A stretch of 64,000 nucleotides of DNA from Octopus sinensis. Lineage: Eukaryota. Below the pieces are notes generated by a model, which was not told where the DNA came from, searched no databases, and worked only from the letters and a program-made list of their open reading frames with translations. Where the stretch lies: assembly GCF_006345805.1 (NCBI RefSeq), contig NC_042998.1:27094001-27158000 (forward strand), read 5' to 3'. Shown piece after piece: positions 12,885 through 25,657 of the stretch (within the stretch, counting starts at the first letter, position 1; each line of letters opens with the position of its first letter). Position numbers and translations under genes: made by a program.

Positions 12885-12920
12885 TATTATCAAATAATAG
12901 AAATATATTCACTTATTAAT

Positions 12921-13120
12921 TGGGTAAAGACCTCTTCAGTCATGCATGATCATGGGATTGCATCAGTGATGTCACAACTCATTTCTACAGGTGAGTGAAC
13001 CGGAACAGCACGAAATAAAGTGTCTTGCTCAAGAACACAACACACAGCTCAGACCAAGAATCGAACTCACTACCTCAAGATTGTGAGCCTGACATTAACC
13101 ACTAAAGCATGTGCCTTCAT
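12921..13120 (-). mobile_element. SINE-G-related tRNA/CORE-like SINE
   Basis: Minus strand gctttagtggttaa...gagttcgattc...gtgttcttgagcaagacacttta; 10-bp TSD acttattaat (12911-12920, 13121-13130). Confidence 0.75.
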
Positions 13121-13291
13121 ACTTATTAATCACCATATATAAAATACTATGTCACAAATATGCTGTCTTTAAGACTTCATGTTTGTAGCAGTACGTATAT
13201 GTATATAACTATATGTCTAAGTATATGCATACATATACATATATACACATACATATTCATGCACACATACATACATACACACATATTCATG

Positions 13292-13322
<31 letters not shown>

Positions 13323-13621
13323 ATATAACAGTATGCCAGCATCAATAGAAAAGATAAATGTTTATACAAGTGTTATAGTGTCAATTACTTTGTCTCTCAT
13401 GATTAGGGTGTTTCCAACAGTGGTTGGTCAGCTGTATTGATTTCAGTTGATCAGCTGATAAGATAATGGTAGTTGTAATGTTCATGCCATTCCCTTGAGC
13501 ATAAGTGAAGTAAATTAAACGTGCTGCTTTAGGGAATTAAATTAGGGTTTATTTTGCCAAAGCTTAACACCTATCCTATACCAATTGCATATGTAAGAGG
13601 AAGAGAGAAAGTGTATGTATG

Positions 13622-13666
<45 letters not shown>

Positions 13667-13792
13667 GCAAATTAGCAGAGTCATTAAATCATCAGATAGA
13701 GTGCCTTGCAGTATTCATTCCAGTTCCCTGCACTTTAATTCAAATCCAACCATGGTCAGTTTGTTTTTAGCTTCTTTGGAGACAATAAATAT

Positions 13793-14103
13793 AATCCTTT
13801 CTATGATAGGCACAAAGCCTGGCATTTGGAGGGAGGAGGAGTCGATTATATCTACCTCAGTGCATAACTGGCACTTAATTTATCGATCCCAAAAGGATGA
13901 AAGGCAAAGTCGACCCCACCAACATTTAAACTCAACGTGATGACAGATGAAATACCTATTTCTTTATTACCCACAAGGGGTTAAACACAGAGAGGGCAAA
14001 CAAGGACAGACAAATGGATTAAGTCGATTATATCAACTCCAGTACATAACTGGTACTTATTTAATCAACCCCGAAAGGATGAAAGGCAAAGTTGACCCCA
14101 GCA
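13793..14103 (-). mobile_element. Composite SINE-A + SINE-B dimer, 5'-truncated
   Basis: Same junction gacagatgaaata|cctatttc at about 13954; head missing beyond 14103. Confidence 0.85.
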
Positions 14104-14637
14104 GATATAGTTTTTAAAATCTTGCTAATATATTGCATTTTTCTTTGTATATAAAACAACAAAGTGCTCAATTTATATAGTCGCAGAGGTGCCTCATGCA
14201 ATGTACAATGTATGTTTAGAACATGTAGTTACTTCAGTATTATGATCTTATAACAACCTCAAAAATTTAAGCACAGTGATCCTCAGCAGACTTTCACATT
14301 TGTTAGAGAAAGTAAAAGTAAAGGTGACAGCATGTCATCCTAACATGTGACATCACTGCTTCATTTGCTGCTCTGAAAGAAGATAGCAAAACTTTCATAT
14401 TGTGTCTACAACTAAGATTAGTTCTGCTTTTCTGTTCTTTATTGATGCAAAGTGGCTTATAATGCTAAATTTTTGCATCTTAGTAACAGACAAATCAGTA
14501 GTAAGATTGTATATCATGTAAACACTTTGTTGCTTTTCCAACTATCCAACTACAGCAAAAATCTGAAGATTGATTTCTATGGAAAAATACATGACTACAA
14601 TTGTCATGCTATGATACAAAATTAACTGCAAGACCAA

Positions 14638-14674
<37 letters not shown>

Positions 14675-14691
14675 ATATATATACATACATA

Positions 14692-14840
14692 TCAGCAGGG
14701 TTGACTGTGTGGTTTGAGAAGTTCACTTTGTAACCACATGGTTGTGAGTTCAATCCAAATTTGTAACAGATTAGGGAAGTGTCTTCTATTATAGCCTCGT
14801 ATGTGTGAATAAATCAGATAGGTAGGAACCATAGAAAAGT
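14692..14840 (+). mobile_element. SINE-C 5' fragment
   Basis: gactgtgtggtttgagaag...aaccacatggttgtgagttcaatcc...gaagtgtcttctattatagcc. Confidence 0.6.
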
Positions 14841-15744
14841 GTGTGTGTGTGTGCATGTGCGCGCGCATGAACAAGTATGCTTTTGTTTCTCCAGGTCTTC
14901 ACACAGACATGTATAATCAAGGAGTCCAGCATCTTGGCAAGGTGGCATTTGAAAGTCTCGACCCATTGTAATATGAAAAAGTGAACATGAATGTTTTCTC
15001 TCACACTCACACTTTCTGGTTACAACTATGGTGGCATGTGACTTTAGCCAGCCTGCAATTTTAAAAGTAAACTGCATAAATTACTTGCATGAATAAGTCT
15101 CCATGAAGTGAGAATAAGTCTCAATATTGAATGAATTCACTTCTCATAGATACAATGGGCTGGTTTCCTTGAATTCTTAAGCCAATTGAAAAGGAACTTC
15201 TAACAGCCATAGTTTAGTAGGAATAAGGGCAAGACTTGGTAACCATTTCTGTGTTTCAGATTACTTTTCAAGTGTTCTTGAAACAGAGAAAAGGCCCTAA
15301 TTTAAAATGTGATGCTAAATATTTATTTCCTCATGCAGGACTTGGTTATTTCCAATTCCTTCATACACATATAGATGATTGTTCTATGTGATATGCATTT
15401 TAAGAGGCTTTTGATCTGATCAAAATTTGTACCCATTGCTGTTCCTAACGTTTTCATGTGCTAAGAAAATGTACAGGTGATGTACAGACAGCATATACCT
15501 GAGTGATTCTACTAAATTATTTTTGGTGATTGGGTTCCACATTTCTGTAGTCCTTGCTCTGAACTATGCACTGATTTAGTATAAGGTATTGCTGAGATAA
15601 TTAGAGTTTCCAAGAGGATTTGTTGCTTTTCTGAAATATGTACCTAAAAGTTTATTTACAATTTGCAAGATGTTTCATTTAGAAACAGTAAAATAACTTC
15701 TGGAATCATCAGAGTTAAACCCAAAAATGTAATGAGTTAGAGTT

Positions 15745-15889
15745 CAATCTCTGCAAAGAATGGCTTCCCAAACACATGGTTCTGGGTTCAGATCCACTGT
15801 GTGGCACTTTGGGCAAGTATCTACAATAGCCTTGAGCAGACCAAAGCTTTGTGACTGGATGTGGTAGACCAGAAACTGAAAGAAGCCTG

Positions 15890-15951
<62 letters not shown>

Positions 15952-16235
15952 CGGGAAGGTTTACGAAAATAAACAAAAGACGAAGGCAGGTGGAGTACAA
16001 AAAAACAAATGTATTAGTATATATATACACACACGTGTGTGTGTGTGTTTGACAAATGGTGTTGGTTTATTTATGTTCCCATAACTAAACAGTTCAGTAA
16101 AAGAGACCAATAGAATAAGTACTAGACTTAAAAGAAATGAGTCCTGGCGTCTAGTCATTTGACCAAAACCCTTCAAGGTGCTGTCCCAGCATGGCAGCAG
16201 TCAAATGATTAGAGATAAAAGATAACTAAAAGAAT
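15745..16235 (+). mobile_element. SINE-C with expanded (TA)n and a foreign 68-bp insert
   Basis: Head, CORE-like segment and tail recognisable; (TA)~30 at 15892-15950; non-repetitive insert at 15951-16018. Confidence 0.8.
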
Positions 16236-16746
16236 GTAGTTATGATTTTTATAATATGAAAGGTGAAGAGAACATCCTAATTAACTCTCTTTTGCTGCAT
16301 TTTTTTCATCAATATTTTCTAGAAATAAGGAAAAGTAGAGCAGAAAAGATAGATGGTTGTTGACATTTAAAATCAAGGATAAACTAGCATATGTCAAACA
16401 AGCATTCTGAGAGTATTATACAAGGAGAAGTAGAGGAAGGTACAATCTTGTGGGCAATGGTACTGTATGGAATTTAAGTTGACTCAAGTGTGGAATTTGA
16501 ATCACCACGTTATATAACCCTGGGCACAACCTTCCAGAAACTTCAAATTACATAACAGCCCATAGATGTTCACTGTTAATTGATACATGTCAGCCTTGCT
16601 GATTGGCTGGTAAACATTTACAAAAGTGTTCTGCTTTCTCAAGGGGTTAGTTGTTCCTGTTATGGCTCTGTAAGTTGTGGCTCTTAGCTTTAAATCCAGT
16701 GAAGTGATTAAAATCTAGTTAGCCTCACTATAATTTTATATTATAT

Positions 16747-17136
16747 AATAGGCACCGGCATGGCTGTGTGGTAAGAAGCTTGCTTCCCAACCACATAGTT
16801 CCAAGTTCAGTCCCACTGTGTTGCACCTTGGGCAAGAGTCTTCTACTATAGTATCTGGCCAACGAAAGCCTTATGAGTGGATTTGATAGACGGAAACTGA
16901 AAGGAGTCCATCATGTGTCTGTATATATATATATATGTGTATGTTTGTGTTTGTCCCTCTACCCATGACAACTGATGTTGGTATGTTTACATCCCTGTAA
17001 CTCAGCAGTTCAGCAAAAGAGACCAATAGAACAATAAACAGTCTTACAAAGAATAAGTCCTAGGGTCGATTTGTTCAACTAAAGGCAGTGCTCTAGCATG
17101 GCCAGAGTCAAATGACTGAAACAAGTGAAAGAATAG
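16747..17136 (+). mobile_element. SINE-C, full length
   Basis: ggcatggctgtgtggtaagaagc...caccttgggcaagag...gcatggccagagtcaaatgactgaaacaag. Confidence 0.9.
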
Positions 17137-17153
17137 AATTATACTTCAGAATA

Positions 17154-17720
17154 GAGCATGACCAAATGGTTAAGATCACTTAAAAGTCAAGTGTGATCCC
17201 AGTGCATAGCATCTTGGGTAAGTGCCTTTTACTCTTACCTCAAATCAACCCAAGTATTGTGAGTGAAAATGAAGGGACAGAAACTGTAGTGAAGCCCATC
17301 ACATGAATTGTACCTGTAAATCAAAGGAACAGTTTTGTCACATTGCCATGATGATTCTATCTAAGGCTGACAATGTCATACCTATTTCTTTACTACCCAC
17401 AAGGGGCTAAACACAGAGGGGACAAACAAGGACAGACAAACAGATTAAGTCAATTACATTGACCCCAGTGCGTAACTGGTACTTATTTAATCGACCCTGA
17501 AAGGATGAAAAGCAAAGTCGACCTCGGCAAAATTTGAACACAGAACGTTAAGACAGACGAAATACCGCTAAGCATTTTGCCCCGCGTGCTAACGTTTCTG
17601 CCAAGCTCGGCACCTTAATGTCATACCTGTGGAACCTTCAGCCTCTTACACACTGCTGAATGAGCAGTTAATCCAGTTGATTAAACAACTGAATGCTCAT
17701 TGTCAAAACTGATGGAGGTT
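17154..17720 (+). mobile_element. Old SINE-F hosting a SINE-A
   Basis: Head like 11675; distal part (ctgtggaaccttcagcc...tgagcag...gattaaacaactg...tgatggag) aligns with SINE-G at 33141-33240. Confidence 0.55.
17384..17616 (-). mobile_element. SINE-A, full length
   Basis: Perfect 12-bp TSD aatgtcatacct (17372-17383, 17617-17628). Confidence 0.93.
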
Positions 17721-18817
17721 TATTTACTTAGTTTACTTCAAGTCAAAACTAAAATCTCTGCAGTAAAATGAACCCAGTGAAAGAAATGAAAGCAACAATA
17801 AACGTACTTTACTTCAATTAGATCACTTTATTATTGTCAACGCCTGAAGAGAATAATATTCAGTTGAATGGAACTAAGTCAGAGTTGCCCTAATTTGAAC
17901 AGAAAGAACAACTTACTTTACAAGGCAAGTCCCTCAGGGCTTTTTTTTTTTTCTTGATAATCTCTCAGATCTATCTATCTGTCAATATTCTTAAAGATCT
18001 CCTCTCCATCTATCTTACTTCTGCTGCAATGCTTGCTTACCGTTCCTTCAAACTAAAATGTAGTGTACGACCACCCCTCCCATCTAATAACCCCTGATAC
18101 CTCTGCTTCTCTTATCTTCTTTAATCTGTCTAATGGTCCAGACTGCTGTAAACACTTCACTCATTTCTTTCTTCCTAGAACTACATATGTTCAAGCTGAG
18201 CATCAATCACATCAACCTCAACAGTCACAGGGGATCTGGCAAAACTATAGGCATTGCCATGCCTTAGGAAAGTTATATAACTACCAAAATCAATGCTTTT
18301 GAATCTTCTGAATATTTTGTTCCGGAATCAGAAATGTAATCCTCTGATATTGTAACTTTTGCTCAGATTCATCTGACATATTTCATGAAAATTTAGGTTC
18401 TGCATTGACAAATTGCTGCAGAACCAACAGCATTGTCGGTTTGAACAAGTGAAGCTGCATAAAGGCAGTAAATCACTCATCCAGAACGGTAAATGCTTTA
18501 TCATTTCTCAACATTGAACAGATATCAGTAATTCCACCTTAATCATGTACAAATCCATCTCAAAATCCACCCAAGACTAGGACTCTGCATTATTCTAGTC
18601 CCTTGGCCTAAAGTAAATGAATAAGTTGTCACAGAATACAAATAAATTCAAGTTCCACCTAAATATACTTTACTGAATGCCAAGCAAACTGCTCATGCAT
18701 TTGCCAAATAGACAAAGATGCTCCATTTTAAAATTGATTCAGAAGTTAACCATTGCTTGATATGCCACATGCTGAAACTTAATAGAGAGAGATAAAAGGC
18801 ATAAGAAAATGTGATGA

Positions 18818-18855
<38 letters not shown>
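18818..18855. repeat. (TAT/TAA)n microsatellite abutting the R4/Dong 3' end
   Basis: About 12 trinucleotide units. Confidence 0.95.
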
Positions 18856-18856
<1 letters not shown>

Positions 18857-19484
18857 ACTAGGGCATGCTGATTTAGTTAGCAGGTATTTTATCTTGCAGT
18901 TTGGTGACAACAAGTCTCCTCAAATCTCAAGAATCTGCCTTAGGATTCTTGCAGAATGTAATATGGAACTTTTCTGCAGGTCAACAAGATTGAGTTTCAA
19001 TTCCTGTCTCTTAGGTAGCATTTTAGGGATTGTGCCAAGTGCACTAATTACTACAGGAATAATTGTTTTGGTCTTCTACAGTCTCCTCAGTTCTCAGGCT
19101 AGAACCTGACATTTCTCAATTTTTTAAATTTCTTTGGTATTGACTCTGCTATCATAGAGAATTACAAAATCTACAATCTTAACCTGTTTATTTTATCCTC
19201 TATGATCATGTTCAATCTTCTCGCTTCAATACTATGGTCAGCCTTTATGGGTAAATACCATGAGATCTGGTAATTCTCATTTTCTAACACAGCCTCTGGT
19301 TCATGTTCATAACACTTCTCTGTTGTTTTGAAGCCATGCACTTGGCCAGCATACCAATGCACTCTTTTGCCTAGAGAGTCCTGTTTGTGTTTATACTCCT
19401 TTTGTGCTAGCATACTGCACTCAATTCCTGTTTGGATCAAAGAGTCTAGGTCTGCTTCATTTTTGTATACAGCTTGATGTCATC
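18855..19484 (-). mobile_element. R4/Dong-clade non-LTR retrotransposon remnant (RLE-type), internally deleted
   Basis: Minus-strand translation with a few lesions: DDIKLYTK(N)EADLDSLIQT / ECSMLAQKEYKHKQD...RVHW...YEHEPEAVLENENYQISW...ADHSIEARR...IIPVVISALGTIP...DLQKSSILHSARILRQILEI*, then a short UTR and (TAA)n. These are RT, zinc-knuckle and restriction-like endonuclease motifs typical of R4/Dong. Confidence 0.8.
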
Positions 19485-19521
19485 CTCACTCGCCAGCAAT
19501 ACTATTTAAAACCTTTACTCA

Positions 19522-19735
19522 TGTATATTTTTATTCTGAAAAGAGGAAAGAGAAAGTTAACCTCGGTAGAATTTGAACTCAGAAAGTACTTACATTCTAA
19601 ATTCAAATTCCACCGAGGTCAACTTTCCCTTTCACCTTTTTGTGGTCGATAAAATAAGTACCAGTTGAGCACAGTGGGAGGGGGTCAATGTAATCAACTT
19701 ATCCCCTGCCCTGAATTTGTTGGCCTTGTACCCAA
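19522..19735 (+). mobile_element. SINE-B with 5' fold-back inversion
   Basis: 19522-19583 is an inverted copy of 19594-19655; B tail followed by (ATT)n. Confidence 0.7.
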
Positions 19736-19758
19736 ATTATTATTACTATTATTATTAT

Positions 19759-20155
19759 GGTGGTGAGCTGGTTGAATCATTAGCATGCCAAGCAAAATGC
19801 TTAGTGGTATTTCGTCTGTCGTTATGCTGTGAGTTCAAATTCCGCCAAGGTCAACTTTGCGTTTCATCCTTTCGGGGTCGATAAATTAAGTACCAGTTGC
19901 ATACTGGGGTCGATATAATCGACTTAATCCGTTTGTCTGTCCTTGTTTGTCCCCTCTGTGTTTAGCCCCTTGTGGGCAGTAAAAAAATAGGTATTTAGCT
20001 CGTCTTTACGTTCTGAGTTCAAATTCTGCTGAGGTCAACTTTACCTTTCATTCTTTCAAGGTCGATGAAATAGGTACTAGTTACACACTGAAGTCAATGT
20101 AATCGACTTAATCCCCTCCCCCAAGCTGCTCTTATGGCAAAAAAAAAATTGAAAT
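19759..20155 (+). mobile_element. Composite SINE-A + SINE-B dimer
   Basis: The A tail ...gcagtaaaaaaatag|gtatttagctcgtctttacgttctgag continues into a B body and tail; (ATT)n on both flanks. Confidence 0.9.
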
Positions 20156-21080
20156 AATAATAATAATTATTATTATTATTATTTATTATTATCCTTTTCA
20201 GGTCAATAACGTACCAGTCAAGTACTGAGGTCAATGACAGTGACTAACCTCTGCACTCAAAATTACAGGCTAAATCAGAAATCTCTATTATCTTTATTAT
20301 TATTATTATCTGTCTGTGTAACATGATATTTTTCAAAGCATCTAAATAATAAGAGGTTTGGTTCTGAGATTATTTCTAAGACTAGGAAAATGTTGAAATA
20401 TTGAAAATAGTGTTGGCAGAAAATATGAGAAAAGACTATGACTCAGAGAGTGAGAGAGAGAGAGAAAGAAAGAAAGAGAGTGAGATATGTGGGTGTGCTG
20501 GATAAAGATACCTACTCTGATTTATGTAGATCACATGTAACAAGTTCAACTTGTCTAAGGGATGTTAGAATATTCCAATTCTATGCTAAGATTAATGGAA
20601 TGCTTCTAAATACACATAAGTGGACTTATAAGCTTACAAATCAGACAGGAAAAAAAATAGTGGACAGCAGCTAGAACAAAATGCTAGTACATCAGGTTTA
20701 TGTCAGATACACTCCTGGCTCTTCCTTTCTCTTTCTCTCTCTCTCTCTCTCTCTGTTTTCTTTTAACCTTTATTTCTGCTTGTTTGCAGACATTCTAATT
20801 TAGCCTAGATATATAATTGAGAGTAAAATAATTTACAAGAACAAGTAAAGACATTCAACAAGCAGACATGCACTCACAGCAATCAAAATAGTCAACTCGG
20901 CTTCAACAAATGAACAATACTACAAAGATTTTATCTTTCAGCATTATTTTTTTACTTTTGTTATTCTACATTTATTTTTGTCTACATTTAACATCAAATG
21001 AACTGTATATGTTTGTTTGTAGTATGGTTTATGTCTTTGATATTTTTTGGCAGTTAGTTAAAATAAGGGAGCCTCTGTAC

Positions 21081-21296
21081 CAGGGTTTCTCAACCGTTTT
21101 TACCTATGGACCCTCATAACCACTTGATGTTTACATAAAACATTAGGTTTTTATAATTAAATATTATTAGGAATTACATAAAAAAATTTTAAGTATTTTG
21201 TGTATTGTAAAAGTACAAGCAGTTTATTTCCATAAATTTTAACAAAATCTAATATGGACCCCGAAGGGTCATATGGACCCTTTTTGGGAACCATTG
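21081..21296 (-). mobile_element. hAT-type MITE (same family as 4885)
   Basis: Ends cagggtttctcaacc / gggaaccattg; 8-bp flanks ctctgtac / ctctatat. Confidence 0.75.
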
Positions 21297-21305
21297 CTCT
21301 ATATC

Positions 21306-21528
21306 TGTTTCCCTTTCTTTATTACCCACAAGGGGCTAAACACAAGGGGACAAACAAACGGATTAAGTCGATTACATCGATCCCAGTGCGTAACTGGTAC
21401 TTAATTTATCAACCCCGAAAGGAGAAAGGCAAAGTCGACCTCGGTGGAATTTGAACCCAGAACATAACGACAGACGAAATAGGGCTACGCATTTTGCCCG
21501 GCGTGCTAACGTTTCTGCCAGCTCGCTG
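21306..21528 (-). mobile_element. SINE-A
   Basis: Perfect 14-bp TSD cattgctctatatc (21292-21305, 21529-21542). Confidence 0.93.
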
Positions 21529-21541
21529 CATTGCTCTATAT

Positions 21542-21877
21542 CAGAGGTTCTCAAAGTGGACGCTACCACCTCACTGGTGGGTGTTGAGACGGTTTAGGTG
21601 GGCACTGGTGCCTAAAGGGGTGGTAGGAGCGGGGTGTTACAGAAAAAGGAGGTGTTGGGAAGAATACAGTGAATTGGGAAACGATATGAATTTATTATAA
21701 TATTATTATAGCATTGTATACAAATTATTTATTATATATTAAATATCAAATGATTCCTGGTATATATAAATTAGTAAAATCTAAAATATTTATTTATACA
21801 TAAATATAGGGGTGGAGCACTGAGGGTATTATGTGGCCATGAGTGGGGCGGTGGCACAAAAAGTTTGAGAACCTCTG
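21542..21877. mobile_element. hAT-type MITE, second family
   Basis: Perfect 14-bp TIR CAGAGGTTCTCAAA / TTTGAGAACCTCTG and perfect 8-bp TSD ctctatat (21534-21541, 21878-21885). Confidence 0.92.
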
Positions 21878-23562
21878 CTCTATATGGTCACTCAATTTAC
21901 TAGAAATAACAGTCAATTTTCCCTCAAATCAAACCCCCATCATAAAATTGTCTATGAAAGGTTTGGTAATGATAAATCAATTCAGTATCACAAATTTCAT
22001 TACCAAACATTTCATAGACAAGTTTATGATTTTTCTTTATCTCTTATGAAATTTAACTATACAAAAGAGAAAGAATAGTATTGATAAGGATATATAGTAG
22101 TCATTCTATATAGGAGCTGCCTAAGGTATGACATGTAATTTAATGATTGCCAAAAATAAAAAGGAAGAGTAGGAAATGCTGCAAAATGTAACAGTGCCAG
22201 TAAAAAAATTGCAACCAAATCTTCTTCAAATATTATGCTTCTATCTTCAAAAAACAAATTATAAGTTTTAAATACCAATGAAAATGCATACTTTGGAATC
22301 ATAATTGCAATCATTTTTTGTATTAAATCTTTAAAACTAAATGTTTTATGGCAATTTATTCATTCTACAAAAAACATAAGAACATTGCTGATTATTCTGT
22401 TTGAATGAAGCCAAGCAGAATTTTTTGATAATTACCAATTATAAACCTGAGGAAATTAAAATAGATTCTGTTTAAGTTAAATTATCTTCAATAAAAGAAC
22501 AGCTTCAGAATAACAATTTAATCCATATTTTTTATGAAGAACCAATCTTTATGAGAGAAAAATGAACATTTTGAAAAAAATTACTTTGGAATATTAATTT
22601 TTCTTTTGTTCTCTACTCATGTCTCTGATTATATTTCCATTAACAACATATCACATCAACATAAAACAGTTTTTCAAATAAAAGACAAAGAACAAAATTC
22701 TTCATAAAACAGTCAAAGTAAGTTCTGAAATCATCAACATCTTTCCTTCCACATCTGATTTCAGAAAAAAAATTTTTTTCCTAAATTGCATCTGTTCTAA
22801 CTAACTAATACCATAAATGTTGCAACATCAGATAGATGTAGGAAAGAAATCTAAGCATATGTCATTTAATGTGGAAAACATTCATTAAATCACGTATTTA
22901 CTTAATTACAAGCAATCAAAAAAGACATCCTTTCTAACTCCTTAGATTTTTTTCAAATCAGTAAATAATTTTTTTCATTCTATCCATCTCTTATAATTTA
23001 TATAATCCAAAATATTTAATACTTTGCCTATTTTACACTATGTGACATAACTTAATTCAGGAATTTTAAATTTCTACACTACCTGAGTCTTTCAACTGAA
23101 CCAATACATAAAACTATTGAAGAAATAGGTTAATATAATTATCAGGAATTCAGACTTTCATTCAGAATATTTGATATTTTTTCCATTCAGCTATATTTCC
23201 GATACATTTTTTCGAATTTTATTTACAAAATTAATCTCTCTTCACCTCATGTCTCAACACCAATTTCCTCATTATTTTGAATTTGTCTTTGTTTTCTTTT
23301 AACCACTCAGAACAATGATTCATACAGCTTTTAACATTTGTCCCTAAAACAAATATTATAATTTTTTGTAAATAAGAACTGCTGACATTTACATTTTTTT
23401 TTTAGTTTAACTTAATACTTCAAATTTGAATTGCATTAACAAACTACTTCTTAATTTAATTTGTATTTCATTGTAATACAGTTCTACAAGCGTCATAACA
23501 TTAGTCTTTGGCAAAGTAAGAAAGAAACTCATTAATATAAAGAAAACACCTGATAACATTAA

Positions 23563-23852
23563 CCCATTTGATACTAACTTGCTTGGTTTCTGCCTCTGGT
23601 TTTATGATACAAAACTCCCAGTTTTATAAAAGTTTGAATTTATAACCTACCATAATAATTTTGATAATTATTTTAATTTTGATAATTATTTTAATTTTGA
23701 TTAAGAACCTTTTGTAAAATCATGTTCCAAAAATCATCTTCATAATGCAAATATTAGCTAAGTTACTAAATTCCTCCAAATTCTTGATTATTTTCAAAAT
23801 TAATTGAAATATCAAAGTAATCTATTTCACTTGGAAAATGGTTACATAAAGG
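23563..23852. mobile_element. piggyBac-type MITE (older copy)
   Basis: TTAA|cccatttgatacta ... atggttacataaagg|TTAA; colinear with 50991-51212. Confidence 0.7.
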
Positions 23853-25424
23853 TTAATCAATTATTTAAAATCCAGTCTTGAGGTACTTTTCTTTTTTTTA
23901 TTATTGTAGTCCATGTACTTCCCATGAAATAATTAAGTACATTGCTTATGTCACAGCATTATTAAATTCATTAACTCATTCTGAATCTGTTAGAAACAGC
24001 ATAACAACTTCCATAAACGTAATATTTCCTACTAATCATTAGTGTTGAATAATTGTCTCATTCAGTCAACATAACCATTTTAGGCAATTTTCAAATACAC
24101 ACAACTCTACACTTGCAATAATCAAAATAGTAATGCAGCTTACTTTTCATATATATACACTACATTCAAAACCCTACTGTTTTACTATGATACTTTATCT
24201 TGCTTGTAAAATTATAATTTTTTTTTGTTGTTATTTACATTATTTTGTTTTTTAAAATAGAGATATAAATATTTTCTATGTATAATAAGCATTAATACTG
24301 ATTCACACACATGAATCAGTAATAATGCTTTCTTTTAATCATAAATATCTTGACATTTCTATTTTGGCAGCATACAACACAGACACACACAACCGTAATC
24401 ATTAGCTATATTAGCACCAAGCTCCAGGACATGAATGATAATTATCTTACACAGAGTGGCAAAGCTAAATATTGCTAGACCTTCAGTCTGATATGCTACC
24501 ATTTCTGCCTAGTGGCAATGATTTATGTCATAGAAACAAGGTCACAAAAAAAAATAAATATTATTAATGAAATTAATCCCAGCACTTGAAAGGTATTTCT
24601 TATAGTATCATTGGAAGGATAAAAATTGAAGTTGATCCTGACAGGATTTTAACTCAAATATAAAAGAACCTAACTAAATACTGCAAAGAATTTTCATCTC
24701 AATCTTCGCAGATCAGTTCTTTATAAGGAAGCATTTATTCATAATTGTCTTCACATATTTTTAGTATAAATTTAGGTGCTGTAAATATATTTAATTGTAT
24801 ACTATACTGTCATCATAATTTCTAACTGGATGTATGCAACTCCCAAAACATTGAATATCTCCTGTTTTTATCCAGTTTGTATTCATGAATTAATTGATTT
24901 ATTGCCCACATGAACAGCATGTCAGAAATCACTGAAGCTTAGCAAGTCAAAATGTTTTATCAATGATTACAGAAGTAAAATAATTTTTAGTCTTTTTTTT
25001 TTTTGTTATGTTTTTCCTTTTTTATCAAATTCATTTGAATACACACACTGGCAGAGCTTATAAGTTTTCAGTTCAATATAAAAAACAACTTCAATACAAT
25101 AGAAATGTGTTGAGACATGTAAGTACATAGCAGCTCCATTTTGTTCAGATATTAGTAGGTATAATAACAGTGTAAAATACATTGAAATGCTGACTGCATA
25201 TGTTGAGGAAAATTTCTTTATTATTAGGTCAAATACTTCTTTCTATTATATAAAAGAACAGGAGGGAGTGTACAATATACATAGCTCAAATTGTTTTTTT
25301 TTCTTTTTTTTTTTGTTTCTCAGACTGATATAATTCAAAATTAAATCAAGAAAATCACAGAACACTAGTTAATGACCATATGTAACTTATTGAAAATGAT
25401 ATATTTACTCATAATTGATACATT

Positions 25425-25657
25425 CTATTTCTTTACTACCCACAAGGGGCTACACACAGAGGGGACAAACAAGGACAGATGAACGGATTAAGTCGATTAC
25501 ATCGATCCCAGTGCGTAACTGGTACTTAATTTATCGACCCCGAAAGGATGAAAGGAAAAGTCAACCTCGGCGGAATTTGAACTCAGAACGTAACGGCAGA
25601 CGAAATACAGCTACACATTTCGCCCGGCGTGCCAACATTTCTGCCAGCTCGCCGCCT
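25425..25657 (-). mobile_element. SINE-A, full length
   Basis: Near-consensus copy with CpGs retained; no TSD found. Confidence 0.92.

Noticed and set aside
14814-15077. Cys-rich minus-strand ORF
   Set aside because: No recognisable Cys pattern; it runs into a (TG)n tract and a SINE fragment.
18818-20310. R4/Dong element as the mobiliser of the adjacent (ATT)n-associated SINE-B cluster
   Set aside because: No 3' sequence similarity is visible, and the tails are opposite strands of the repeat: (TAA)n for Dong, (ATT)n for SINE-B. Adjacency may only reflect a shared microsatellite.
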